Shown here: positions 1 through 9,304 of the stretch, in pieces | How positions within the stretch are numbered: position 1 is the stretch's first letter | How the letters are laid out: each line of letters begins with the position of its first letter | From: Nostoc sp. | GTDB taxonomy: Bacteria; Cyanobacteriota; Cyanobacteriia; Cyanobacteriales; Nostocaceae | Direction: 5' to 3' | DNA: 64,000 bases | Assembly (NCBI GenBank): GCA_036918135.1 | Contig: JBALDB010000009.1 | Span: 1 to 64,000, forward strand | Notes under the pieces: generated by a model | What the model saw: the letters and a program-made list of their open reading frames with translations, nothing else | The model's database searches: none | What the model was told of the DNA's origin: nothing | Program-made: the position numbers and the translations under genes

Positions 1-105
1 TGAGTCTGTTCGTTTGTGTATTTACGATTTTTTAGCCTCTTACCTTGTGCGTAGCAAACTCCTACAAGCTCCTGCCAATGCTGCCAGGTTCTTAGGGAAA
101 TTGAC

Positions 106-333
106 CTACCGAGAATTGCTTGGCACTGCTCGATTAGGTTGGGGTACTGGGCTATCCAATCTTCGATAATTATCATGGCTCGAAACGATTAACCAAACTA
201 CCAGACTAAAAAATGTGATGCAGGCGATCGCCCCACAAAATTCTAAAACTCCCGATTCATTACGTTCGATTTTGATGGTTGTTTCTACTCTTCCATCTGG
301 ATGAATAACGGATGATTGCTCCTCCCTGTACAC
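106..333 (-). CDS. small membrane protein, hypothetical
   Basis: 75 aa ORF with one hydrophobic segment. Confidence 0.5.
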   Translation of the reverse strand: MYREEQSSVIHPDGRVETTIKIERNESGVLEFCGAIACITFFSLVVWLIVSSHDNYRRLDSPVPQPNRAVPSNSR

Positions 334-647
334 ATTATTTACTTACCTATTTGTGTATAAATTTGTGCTGACTAGTTATCGCTTAATCGAATACACACTT
401 ATTAAAAGTGCGATTTGACAAGAGTTAATTCAGCCATTACTTTCGGTAACATCAGTCTAATTACTGTGGCATAAGGCTTTGAGTTGAATTGACCTTATCA
501 CTAGCCGCCTATCTATGATTTTGAGAGCGGCAATTAGGCTAAATAAATGCCAAAACTTTGGATTTAGTGAAGTGTGACAAAATAGCCAAAAGTTTTAGCC
601 CTCAATGCAAAGGAGCAAAATAACCAAAAAAGTCTGCAATACAAAAA

Positions 648-968
648 TTAGTCCGCTTCAAGTACTAGTTGTACTGCGACTCTATGTTTATTTTTATACT
701 CCTTTTGCAGACGTTGAAGTTGTGCTTCTACATTAAATCCGTGGTTATTAAATAAGTTTTGAAGCTTCTCTTTAGAAGTTTCTGTAAACTGTTCCCTGCT
801 GTGTATTCCTGGCTTTAGACCTAAGAAAACTCGCATTTCTAAAAGCGACTTTACTTGTGACCAAGAAAGTTCTTCAGACCCAAATAAACCTAAAGCCTTC
901 AAATCTTCGTTCATAGTGTCTCGACTCCGAATGTCGAGTAAGAAGCGGCAATCTTTAATTGTTAGCAT
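648..968 (-). CDS. hypothetical protein
   Basis: 106 aa ORF, GAGG RBS upstream of ATG. Confidence 0.65.
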   Translation of the reverse strand: MLTIKDCRFLLDIRSRDTMNEDLKALGLFGSEELSWSQVKSLLEMRVFLGLKPGIHSREQFTETSKEKLQNLFNNHGFNVEAQLQRLQKEYKNKHRVAVQLVLEAD

Positions 969-1049
969 TTCCTCGTCGAACCGTTAGACACCTTCATATT
1001 AAAAAACCCGCACTCAGCGGGCAATGGACAAAGTTGACAACTTTGTTGA

Positions 1050-1292
1050 TTAAGCAGCAGCTAACAATATTTTTGAATCTTGGGGAAGTCTCCCTTCCTT
1101 AATCCAGTTGTTGTGTTTCATGGCTGCCAAAGCCTTTACACTGCCTGATGGATTACGGCGTGTTACTGTCCCTTGGCAAGCGTAAGCAGCCAACGTTCTG
1201 GCTTTAATCTTGAGGTGTTCTGATGCTTCTTCATAAGTTAGACCCCAAGCTTGGCAAAAAATCAGTGGATCTAACTCTTCAAATTCGTTCAT
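1050..1292 (-). CDS. putative HTH DNA-binding protein
   Basis: WGLTYEEASEHLKIKARTLAAY resembles XRE HTH; start moved to ATG 1292 with AAGGAG RBS. Confidence 0.6.
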   Translation of the reverse strand: MNEFEELDPLIFCQAWGLTYEEASEHLKIKARTLAAYACQGTVTRRNPSGSVKALAAMKHNNWIKEGRLPQDSKILLAAA

Positions 1293-1452
1293 AATGCGAT
1301 CGCTCCTTCTACAGGTAATAGCTGTGCTGGGGCTGTGTCCTCGGTGGTTACGACACCGGGGGCACACTCCTTACTTTTCCTTTTGAGCGAATTATCGCAT
1401 AAAATCTAGCTTTGGTGTATATATGGAGCAATAACGCACCAAATAAAATTTT

Positions 1453-1731
1453 ATGAATATTAATAACGTAGATTGGGAGGCAATCGCTGCTAGGCTGCCG
1501 CAAGTAGAAGATACAAGAGTGCATACAGCCAAACTAGCAGACATGGACTTTTGGGTGCTTAAGGCTGCTGCCGCAGTGAAAAAGCGGGGTATAGCTGCTG
1601 ATTCAGCCAGTTTATTGAGTGCATCAATACGTCGCTTGACCCCAGAATGGTGCGAATTAATCGCCTTTCAAGCAGCGCAGGAAGGAGTATCTTTTGAAGA
1701 AATGTTTGTGAGGCTGGCAACAGGCGAATAA
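1453..1731 (+). CDS. hypothetical protein, possible regulator
   Basis: 92 aa ORF divergent from HTH gene. Confidence 0.6.
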   Translation: MNINNVDWEAIAARLPQVEDTRVHTAKLADMDFWVLKAAAAVKKRGIAADSASLLSASIRRLTPEWCELIAFQAAQEGVSFEEMFVRLATGE

Positions 1732-1769
1732 TGAACCTCCTGAAAAACTTGTCAGAGGCGATCACATTC

Positions 1770-1801
1770 AGAGCATCCAGGAAAATTTTCCTGGATGCTC
1801 T
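1770..1801. repeat. palindrome CAGGAAAATTTTCCTG copy 1 (parS-like)
   Basis: perfect palindrome AGAGCATCCAGGAAAATTTTCCTGGATGCTCT. Confidence 0.85.
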
Positions 1802-1813
1802 TGTCAATAACCT

Positions 1814-2473
1814 TCAATCAATAGCTACGTGCAATACTTTCTTCTCTACAACAGTTATCGTTTTATCGAAAAGCTTACTTGAAAAAGTAAGCTCATCTGT
1901 AAATTTTCTAAAAGCAGTATTGTAAAAACTACGAATAATAAAGGAGATGAAAATGCTCGGTGCGATTGGGGAACAAACAGGTATTCTACAATTCTGAAAT
2001 TGTCCCAAAGTTAGATGGCATTTCGGGTGATCTAATTCTTTATGATTGCCTGGATCATAATCGAATCTAATTGGTACTGGTAATATATTTTTTGCTATTA
2101 TATCTGCATACATTTCGTCTGCTTCATAAATTGTAGGATCGTTCTGGAAAACTTCTAAAAATGGTGAGGGGAAAAAGGCAAGTCTGTGTGAAATTAACTC
2201 AGATTTTTTATAAGTGTACAAAAGCTGTATTAATGCGCCATCAATCATTTTGAAGTTGTAGTTTTTGCCTCTGTCTAGTTCCTGATATATGTGCCTATAC
2301 TCAATATTTTTCAGTGCTATTGAGATATCTTGCATACCAGAATATGCAATTTCATAATTATCTCTACCAATAGATGTAGATGACGGAAAATTTTGTTGGT
2401 CACATAAACTAATTTCTATTAGTTTTTGAGTTATAGTATTAATTTCTTGACAAATTTCTTGATGACTATTCAT
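1814..2473 (-). CDS. DUF2290 family protein (helicase-DUF2290 defence system)
   Basis: DGALIQ, HRLAFFP, RFDYD, HPKCHLTLG motifs; overlaps helicase stop. Confidence 0.8.
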   Translation of the reverse strand: MNSHQEICQEINTITQKLIEISLCDQQNFPSSTSIGRDNYEIAYSGMQDISIALKNIEYRHIYQELDRGKNYNFKMIDGALIQLLYTYKKSELISHRLAFFPSPFLEVFQNDPTIYEADEMYADIIAKNILPVPIRFDYDPGNHKELDHPKCHLTLGQFQNCRIPVCSPIAPSIFISFIIRSFYNTAFRKFTDELTFSSKLFDKTITVVEKKVLHVAID

Positions 2474-4592
2474 TTTTAAATAATTGACTTCTTAATTTTT
2501 CTATTACTTTTGGTGACAAATCTTCTTTGCGTAGAACACCTTTTTCTAAATTCTCAACAATATCTTCTAAATTTCTTTGGCTCTGTTTTTTTTGCTCACG
2601 CTCTTTAGGACTCATATCTTGATTGACAACATTCATTCTTCTTCGTTCTTCTTTTGTAGGATAGGTAAATTCAAGAACAAAGTTTCTTTTTCTCACTTCT
2701 TCAAATTCTTCCACCAAACCCCTCATGTCTTCACCATAGCCTAATACTCTTAACCAAGCTTTGCTTCTTGTCATGGCAGTAAACAAGATATTTCTTTTTC
2801 TGGAAAGGTCTGGTCCAGAGAAACATTCCTGGGCATTTATAACATATACCATCGCAGCTTCATTTCCCTTTGCTCTATAGATACCTGTGAAAGTAACTGC
2901 TTCTTCATTAAAAAATTCATCAGGGGAATTTGTTACTCCGGCTAGGTTAGAATTAATTTTTCTTTCAAAGAGTAAATTCCTAGAGCTTCCAACCGCATTT
3001 CTAGTTGTAAATGGGTTAGAATGAATAATCATTATGTCATCATACTTTAATTCATCTTCTTTAATGTTCTTCTCTATTTGCTGGACTAGCCATTCTTTTT
3101 GCTCACGGTCATTATTAAATGATTTAAATAAAATTAAGTCTTCAATAGCTGAGTGAGATTCAAGGAAAGTAGGACTAGTCTTGCTAGTTCTACTAAGCTT
3201 TACAGGCTGTCCATCTTCTAAATTTCCTTCCTCTACTTCATAACCGATATCTCTCCATAATCCTGCATCATCAAACATTTGGATTAATCCTCCATTTCTA
3301 TAGATTCCAAAACCTAAAGCATGTGCAGAAGTTAGTAGTGGGCGAGAATTTCTATAGCATTTTTCTAATATGATGTCTTGTTTTGCTTCTCCTGATTTGT
3401 TTTGAAGTTGAACAGATGGATTACCGTAACTATCTTTTCCAAAGATTATTTCTGGTGATTCCATTGTCTTTTTGCTTAAGCTTTGTAACTCGTCATATGC
3501 ATAAACTAGTCTTTTCGGAGTATTCAAAATTTTATAACAAAGTTGCAGAAAATGTTTAGAAAAGTCTTGTGCTTCATCAACTAGTATTGCATCATAATAC
3601 TGCTCAAAAGTGTTTATCTTATCGAGTGCTTCCTCACAAACTATGTCAAATTCTTGACCAGATGAATTACTAAGCCTTTTTGCTGCATCAAGATCTCTAA
3701 ATTCAATATTATGTTTTTTACATACTTCATAATAAATTCCTTCCGCTAAGGGACTTCCCCAAGCGTGAATAATTTTTATTTTTTCCCAGTCCGGCTCCTC
3801 ACTCGTATTTTCAATACTAAAAGTGTTAATAAAGTGTTTAAATTGATTTTTTAGAGAACGAGTATTAAAAGTAACAGCAATATTCCAATCAGGATGTTTT
3901 GCCTGTAAATATGCAACTTTAAGAGCTAGAACTATGGTTTTACCTGAGCCAGCAAGTCCTCTAATTCGCTGTACACCTTCTACAGTTTCAAGCACAGCAG
4001 CAGCCTGATCCTTATCTAGGTTGGCAATAGAATCTTCCAGTTTCTGAAGTTTTGCGCCCCTAGAATCTTCTAGTTTAACATAGCTACGCTGCCTTCTTTT
4101 TCTGATGGTAGTTATAGATTGTATAACTGAGTTAAGGGTTTCAAAATATTGATTTTTTTCCCATGTACAAGATTCTAAGTGCTTTTCTAAGTCAGACTCC
4201 TTAGTTATTATGAGATATTCTTCTGAAACATTTTTTGGTCTATTACTCAATGCAGGTGCAAATGTTAAAACATTGATTTCCACCACTAGTTTCCTTCTTT
4301 CAATCAGAGTTTTATGCTGAAGTAGTTTTGATTGAACTTTGGTTACACTTTCATCTTGTACCTCTTCTATATCTATGTTGATATTAGTTCCCTCAATAAT
4401 ATTGAAAATAACAACGCCATGCTTTTTAGATAATAAAAGAGCATCAATTTGATAACCACCTTCGGTCGTTCCTATTATTGGGTATCCCAGATATAAGCTG
4501 CCATCAATATCGTGTCTATTTTCAAAGTAAGTAGCCAGCCTTCTAGATGAAACTGGTTTATTATTTATATCACCTCGAATAACATGAACCAT
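2466..4592 (-). CDS. SF1 (UvrD-like) helicase with N-terminal nuclease-like domain
   Basis: GLAGSGKT Walker A, LVDEAQD, YRNS, RAKGNE, FTAMTRS motifs. Confidence 0.88.
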   Translation of the reverse strand: MVHVIRGDINNKPVSSRRLATYFENRHDIDGSLYLGYPIIGTTEGGYQIDALLLSKKHGVVIFNIIEGTNINIDIEEVQDESVTKVQSKLLQHKTLIERRKLVVEINVLTFAPALSNRPKNVSEEYLIITKESDLEKHLESCTWEKNQYFETLNSVIQSITTIRKRRQRSYVKLEDSRGAKLQKLEDSIANLDKDQAAAVLETVEGVQRIRGLAGSGKTIVLALKVAYLQAKHPDWNIAVTFNTRSLKNQFKHFINTFSIENTSEEPDWEKIKIIHAWGSPLAEGIYYEVCKKHNIEFRDLDAAKRLSNSSGQEFDIVCEEALDKINTFEQYYDAILVDEAQDFSKHFLQLCYKILNTPKRLVYAYDELQSLSKKTMESPEIIFGKDSYGNPSVQLQNKSGEAKQDIILEKCYRNSRPLLTSAHALGFGIYRNGGLIQMFDDAGLWRDIGYEVEEGNLEDGQPVKLSRTSKTSPTFLESHSAIEDLILFKSFNNDREQKEWLVQQIEKNIKEDELKYDDIMIIHSNPFTTRNAVGSSRNLLFERKINSNLAGVTNSPDEFFNEEAVTFTGIYRAKGNEAAMVYVINAQECFSGPDLSRKRNILFTAMTRSKAWLRVLGYGEDMRGLVEEFEEVRKRNFVLEFTYPTKEERRRMNVVNQDMSPKEREQKKQSQRNLEDIVENLEKGVLRKEDLSPKVIEKLRSQLFKNE

Positions 4593-4802
4593 AAGATGTT
4601 GCCTTACCTAAAGTATCTACCTCAATTGTCCGCGATCGCTCATGCAGCTTTCTCATAGTTTGCGCTGGAATCCCTCTTGCGGATCGCCTTCATCCCCCAT
4701 TCTCCATTTTCCATTTTTAGGGTGAAGCGATCGTACCCAGATTTAGATCAGATTTAGAGAATGACTCAGATGTAAAGTTACTCAATATTTTTAGTCAGCA
4801 GT

Positions 4803-5027
4803 TCAGCTTGCGATCGCTTTATTTTGTGCTTCTTGTACAGCGCTAGCTAAATCATCAAGAGTGCAATTGTACATTTGAGCAAGTTTTTGTGTCTGAAAGA
4901 TACCTAGCGTTGGAATCGTTCGCCCTTGTTCCCAGTTGCGAACGGTCGAATACGCTACCCCAAGCGACGCTGCTACTTCTTCAACTCTTAATCCTGCGTT
5001 CTGGCGCAATTTTTTTAAGTCCATCAT
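4803..5027 (-). CDS. XRE-family HTH regulator
   Basis: LRQNAGLRVEEVAASLGVAYSTVRNWEQG. Confidence 0.85.
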   Translation of the reverse strand: MMDLKKLRQNAGLRVEEVAASLGVAYSTVRNWEQGRTIPTLGIFQTQKLAQMYNCTLDDLASAVQEAQNKAIAS

Positions 5028-5147
5028 ACAACTTTACCACTAATATATTAGTATAACTCATTAACACAGTGTCGATGATTTAGTAGTATAAAGGCATAAC
5101 ACAATAACGATCGCATTAATCCATCAGGAATGCGATCGCAACTGTGT

Positions 5148-5495
5148 TTACCTTTCTTCAATAGCTTTAACTTCCTCAATCCCCGCTGCCAACGCTAACT
5201 CTGGGGTTTCAAAAATCCCACTCAAAAATGGGTCTTCAGCAAATTCTTTAAAAGAAGCGGCTCCACTACCATAGCCAAGCGCAAAAGAATAGCGTTCAGA
5301 ATTAGTCGGACAATGCCAAACGCTAATATCATGTTCGCCTTTCATTGTCCCGCGCCTCAGATAATGCGTCCCTCTAAGCAAAGGCTTTCGAGATTGATTG
5401 GTCTTCCACGAATGCCGACAGTTTTCACAGTTAATTACCAAACTTTTTAGGTCTGTTCGGTAAATGCGATCGCTTCCGCAAATCGGGCAATTCAT
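5148..5495 (-). CDS. hypothetical Zn-ribbon protein
   Basis: CPIC...CENC. Confidence 0.6.
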   Translation of the reverse strand: MNCPICGSDRIYRTDLKSLVINCENCRHSWKTNQSRKPLLRGTHYLRRGTMKGEHDISVWHCPTNSERYSFALGYGSGAASFKEFAEDPFLSGIFETPELALAAGIEEVKAIEER

Positions 5496-5607
5496 AGCTT
5501 TTTAATCCTCCACGAATCAAGCATTACAACGCTTGATTTTTGCTGTTTACTTTTTTGTGCGATAATAATGTTTAAAATAATCAAAAGACTAATATTTGAT
5601 AACTTAT

Positions 5608-6075
5608 ATGAGCGAAAAACCAAAAGAATTAAAACCTAAGGGAGCGGGAGGATTCCGCCCTGGCGCCGGCAGAAAATACAAAGGCGTTCAGGCTAAGAAG
5701 ATACGGATTGCTAAGTATACGGGGAATAAGCTGAAAAACCATGTAGATTGGCTTCACGAAATCAGTGGAAAATATATATCTCAGCAAGATTATAGCTCCA
5801 AAGCAATCTTAAAATACGCTTTATCTTCTTCTAAAGACTCAAGCCTGCTTCAAGAAGTAGCTGAAGAGATTGCGCCCTCATTTGCGCCGTGGACAACCCT
5901 TACTATCAGCGAAGAAGCCCACAATGAGCTAACAAAATTAGTTAAGAAAATAAAGACTTTTACTACTGTGAATACTAAGTTATCTAGCGTTTTTACAGTA
6001 ATAATTCTAGAAGAAATTAAAGAGCATAAAGGATTATTATCGTCGCTAAAGTCAAAACCGGAATCTAGCCTCTAA
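5608..6075 (+). CDS. putative DNA-binding regulator (paralog of 37606-38058)
   Basis: GGFRPGAGRK AT-hook-like motif; collinear with the 37606 protein. Confidence 0.7.
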   Translation: MSEKPKELKPKGAGGFRPGAGRKYKGVQAKKIRIAKYTGNKLKNHVDWLHEISGKYISQQDYSSKAILKYALSSSKDSSLLQEVAEEIAPSFAPWTTLTISEEAHNELTKLVKKIKTFTTVNTKLSSVFTVIILEEIKEHKGLLSSLKSKPESSL

Positions 6076-6121
6076 ACGATTCTTACTATTAGTGAAAAAT
6101 GTTTTAAGAGGATTAATGATT

Positions 6122-6160
6122 GAGCTTGTCAGTACTAAAGGACTGACAAGCTTAATTTTT
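6122..6160 (+). terminator. intrinsic terminator-like hairpin
   Basis: AGCTTGTCAGT...ACTGACAAGCT followed by T run. Confidence 0.55.
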
Positions 6161-6281
6161 TTATTTAACTATTTGAATTTTGCAATCACTTAAATACTAT
6201 TATTTGTTGCATTTAATTAATAAATTAGTGTTAGCAGTAACCTCTAAAACCCTTGCCATACAATAGTTTCAAGAAAATTAA

Positions 6282-6334
6282 ATGTAGCAAAAAATCGAAA
6301 TAATGTTAAAATTAAGAAATAGCAAAAAATCAAA
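6282..6334 (+). promoter_or_regulatory. repeated promoter/operator module copy 1
   Basis: ATGTAGCAAAAAATCGAAA...TAGCAAAAAATCAAA tandem boxes flanking TGTTAAAAT -10. Confidence 0.6.
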
Positions 6335-6350
6335 CCACGCGGGAGAAAAT

Positions 6351-6890
6351 ATGATTAAATCGGAATCTAGATTTTATAAAACTAGATATTATGGGATGTT
6401 TGTGGGAGATTATCCGGCAGCAAAGGCTAGATTTTATGAAGCGTTTCCTACCGGAAGAGCGAACGAAGGATATCAACGTTGCACTGCTAATTATCCAGTC
6501 CGAGAACCCAGGGTTTACAACAAACGATCGCTCGGTTTGTTTCCTGATGAACTCGAATTAGGAAGTGCGCCTTATGCGGAAAAAGAGTGTCTTGACGATC
6601 CTGACTATGATGCCGATATTGCAAAGATAAAATGCAGAGTTTATAAGGAATATTTGCAGCGGTTGTTTCCCATACCGCAAGAATTCGAGGGTCAACTTTG
6701 TTATCGCATTCGGGGCCGCATGTCTAGTTTCGGCACTCCTTATTACGATGTTTCAATTTTGTACAATGCTTACAACTTAGCTTCTAGCTTTGTTCCCAAT
6801 ATTGAGCGACCCTCTCAATGGGATCAAACAGCATTAGATCAGTTGCGTTCTTTGACGCTAAGGTCCTGCGTTAGTTTAATCTTGCGATGA
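6351..6890 (+). CDS. hypothetical protein (C-terminal domain paralogous to 29014-29346)
   Basis: LELGSAP..E.C...KCRVYKEYLQRLFP...GTPYYDV shared; GGAGA RBS before ATG 6351. Confidence 0.7.
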   Translation: MIKSESRFYKTRYYGMFVGDYPAAKARFYEAFPTGRANEGYQRCTANYPVREPRVYNKRSLGLFPDELELGSAPYAEKECLDDPDYDADIAKIKCRVYKEYLQRLFPIPQEFEGQLCYRIRGRMSSFGTPYYDVSILYNAYNLASSFVPNIERPSQWDQTALDQLRSLTLRSCVSLILR

Positions 6891-7543
6891 ACCTCATCTT
6901 TCGTCCCAAGTTCCCACAGCAAATCCAGGAAAATTTTCCTGGATTTACTGTGCAGACCATCTGCTTCTATCGGTTATTTACGCTGGGGAATTGTTGCCAT
7001 TCCCGCCTTCCCTCAGCAAATACTCCCAGATACGCCGAATTCAGCTTGAAAGACTTGGCGATCAGAGGATACAAGCCGCAAAGCAGCCTGTTGGTCACGA
7101 GCAATCTCAGCGAGTCTATTCTTGCGATCGTCTTCACCCCTCATCTGCAATTTCAGCCTTATTCGCGTTCCTTGCGATCGCCCTCACCATCCCATTTCCT
7201 ATTTCATCTCACTGGATACGATGCCATCAGCCTCTTGCCACTTCTTGCGATCGCTCTTACCTCCACATCGTTTCTCACAAGAGCCGCAATAAGGCAACCT
7301 TGAGTCATCTTGCAATCGCCCTCACCCCCATCTTCAATTTCAGCTTTGAGGATACCCAGAGCATTGCTGCCAGTGCCTTGCAATCGCTCCTACCCTCCAT
7401 CGCCAATTTCTGCGAGTTGAGATCGATTGAAGCTCTTGCGATCGCTATCAACCTCCAGTATCGTTTTCCACAAGCTAAAAAGCTCATAAATAAAGAGCAA
7501 GCTGCCCTTGCGATCGCACTCATCCATCAGTATCGTATTCCAC
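6881..7543 (-). CRISPR. degenerate CRISPR-like array downstream of TnpB/C2c8-like gene
   Basis: ~35-38 nt repeats starting (plus strand) CTTGCRATCG at 7121, 7171, 7244, 7309, 7377, 7435, 7507, plus a distal degenerate copy at 6881; minus-strand 3' end CGATYGCAAG; period 50-73 nt. Confidence 0.7.
6921..6946. repeat. palindrome CAGGAAAATTTTCCTG copy 2
   Basis: AAATCCAGGAAAATTTTCCTGGATTT. Confidence 0.85.
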
Positions 7544-9304
7544 TAGCCAGTCCCACAGAGTAAGCTGTAAGCACTCCTCAGGCTCAGGCTCGGGTTTGTT
7601 CTTTTTCCCAACTTGAGAATTCATTAAATTACTGGAGCTGCGATCTCTGTCTGGGTTTGTAGGTATTAGAGGTGCAGTTAGGGGATTTTCATCCCCCAAG
7701 CCGCGCGATCGGACATCATCTTCAGATGCCAGTGCAGGAAAACCTGCTTCCACCTGCATCGAAGGCGTTTCGCCCCCCTTCAGTGGCATAAGTTCCCACG
7801 CCCAAGCGCGGTACTTCCCTGAAATCAGGAAACTTGAGTTCAGCAGATGATTCCGTGAAGCGTTGGTATCTGCTTGCTGTACCAATCCATAAGCCTTGCA
7901 TTCAGGACTAGTACAAATAAATTCTGATTGGCTGCGCCTATTACCTTTGTCGCCGCAGCAATGGCAATTCTGGCTTGAGTGTGCCGCACGGGTGCGTTCT
8001 ACCTCTCTTCCCCACGCCTTAGCCTTGGTCTCGATTTTGGCTCTCAAGTCGCCAATTGCTGCACCTAATAAGCTGCGATTTAATCCAGCTTTGCGGCTAG
8101 CACCATTTTGCTCATAGCCCAAGCCATCTTCTCTCAATACAGCTTTGGGGCGACGTGTCATGTTTTGCAGCTTTGTGTCTTCAATTGCGATCGCTCCGTA
8201 CTCGCGCACTAATTTGGTACTGAGTTTATGGTTAAATGCCCTGCGGGTACGGCGAATTTTTTCATGGGTACGAGCAATTAACCGCTTCGTTTTCTTAGAA
8301 TTACTACCATCTTTTAGTTGACGGGCAAGCTTGCGTTGCAGCCTGCGGAGTCGCTTTTGTTTTTGATTTAGCAATCTAGGGTTCGGAACTAATCGCCCTT
8401 GGTCGGTAGCGATAATCGCACTTACGCCAGGGTCAATGCCGACAGCTTTGTTGTTTGGTAGTAGTTGGATATCAACAGACGGAACGCACACCTGAAGGTA
8501 ATACCCCGATGGTTCCTTAACTATCCTTGCTGCACCATAATCACAATCAAGTGAGAATCGCTTGAACAGGCCTTTAACATACAATTTGCCTAGCTTTGGA
8601 AAATGCACATAGCCGTTGTTACTACCAGGAATACGTTCGGGCTTCAGTTCTTTGGATTTTCCACCAGCATTGCGATTGAGGAGAGATTTAAGCTTGTCGT
8701 ATTTACCCTTAAATTTTGGTTTCCTTACTGGATGTTTGGGGTCACTGTATGCCTTCCACGCTTTATCTAGGGCATCGTTCACCCCAGCTTTAAATTTAGT
8801 GGGGATGTCGCGTAACCATTCAGGGATGCGATCGCTTCTAAAAAACTCACACTGTGCAAACTTCCGTGGATTTTCTATATCTCGACAAGTGCGAATTTCA
8901 CAGTATTTGTGACCGTCCCGTGTTTTTCGTACACCGCATCCGACAATTTTACCGTTCTTCCATTTGAGTTTTAGGCTGTCGGGTAAAGCGCGATCTACTT
9001 TCTCCATCCAGCGTCGTGGCTGTGGTGCAAGAAACTTGCGATCGCTGCTTATAGCATTTGATCGGGAAGAATATCCATCCTCCGATGCCACTTGCGCGGC
9101 TTCCTGCTGACCCTCCGCGTGGGAGGCAGAGGCAGGCTTAAATTCCGATATCCAAGTATCGTATTTTTCTCTCCAGCGTCGCTGTTGAGCCTCTAGGCGA
9201 AGTTCCAACCCTCGATTCCATAACCATTTAAGTTTCTCAAGCCATAGGTCAATTGTTTGGGCTTGGGCAAGAGTTGGGTAAATTTTAAACTCAACGGTTT
9301 TCAT
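7520..9304 (-). CDS. tnpB: RNA-guided endonuclease TnpB family / type V-U (C2c8-like) effector
   Basis: N-terminal EFKIYPT..Q...WN; RuvC I GIDPG, RuvC II IAIED, Zn ribbon CHCC..CTSPEC, RuvC III ADTNA; ATG 9304 overlaps the upstream gene. Confidence 0.88.
   Translation of the reverse strand: MKTVEFKIYPTLAQAQTIDLWLEKLKWLWNRGLELRLEAQQRRWREKYDTWISEFKPASASHAEGQQEAAQVASEDGYSSRSNAISSDRKFLAPQPRRWMEKVDRALPDSLKLKWKNGKIVGCGVRKTRDGHKYCEIRTCRDIENPRKFAQCEFFRSDRIPEWLRDIPTKFKAGVNDALDKAWKAYSDPKHPVRKPKFKGKYDKLKSLLNRNAGGKSKELKPERIPGSNNGYVHFPKLGKLYVKGLFKRFSLDCDYGAARIVKEPSGYYLQVCVPSVDIQLLPNNKAVGIDPGVSAIIATDQGRLVPNPRLLNQKQKRLRRLQRKLARQLKDGSNSKKTKRLIARTHEKIRRTRRAFNHKLSTKLVREYGAIAIEDTKLQNMTRRPKAVLREDGLGYEQNGASRKAGLNRSLLGAAIGDLRAKIETKAKAWGREVERTRAAHSSQNCHCCGDKGNRRSQSEFICTSPECKAYGLVQQADTNASRNHLLNSSFLISGKYRAWAWELMPLKGGETPSMQVEAGFPALASEDDVRSRGLGDENPLTAPLIPTNPDRDRSSSNLMNSQVGKKNKPEPEPEECLQLTLWDWLVEYDTDG
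7703..7814 (-). ncRNA. omegaRNA/tracr-like scaffold copy 3 (overlaps tnpB 3' end)
   Basis: GTACCGCGC-TTGG-GCGTGGGAACTTATGCCAC...GTGGAAGC hairpin GCAC; canonical omegaRNA position; covaries with copies 1 and 2. Confidence 0.6.
9035..9164 (-). ncRNA. omegaRNA-like scaffold copy 2 (in frame inside tnpB)
   Basis: TACGATAC-TTGG-ATATCGGAATTTAAGCCTG...CAGGAAGCCGC-GCAA-GTGGC...GCGATCGCAAG. Confidence 0.55.

Noticed and set aside
6887..7563. ORFs 6887-7303, 6991-7563 and 7305-7523 with repeated LAIAL
   Set aside because: Translations of the DNA repeat array, not protein repeats
7520..9304. Autonomous IS200/IS605 or IS607 element
   Set aside because: No TnpA Y1 or serine recombinase adjacent; element ends not identified
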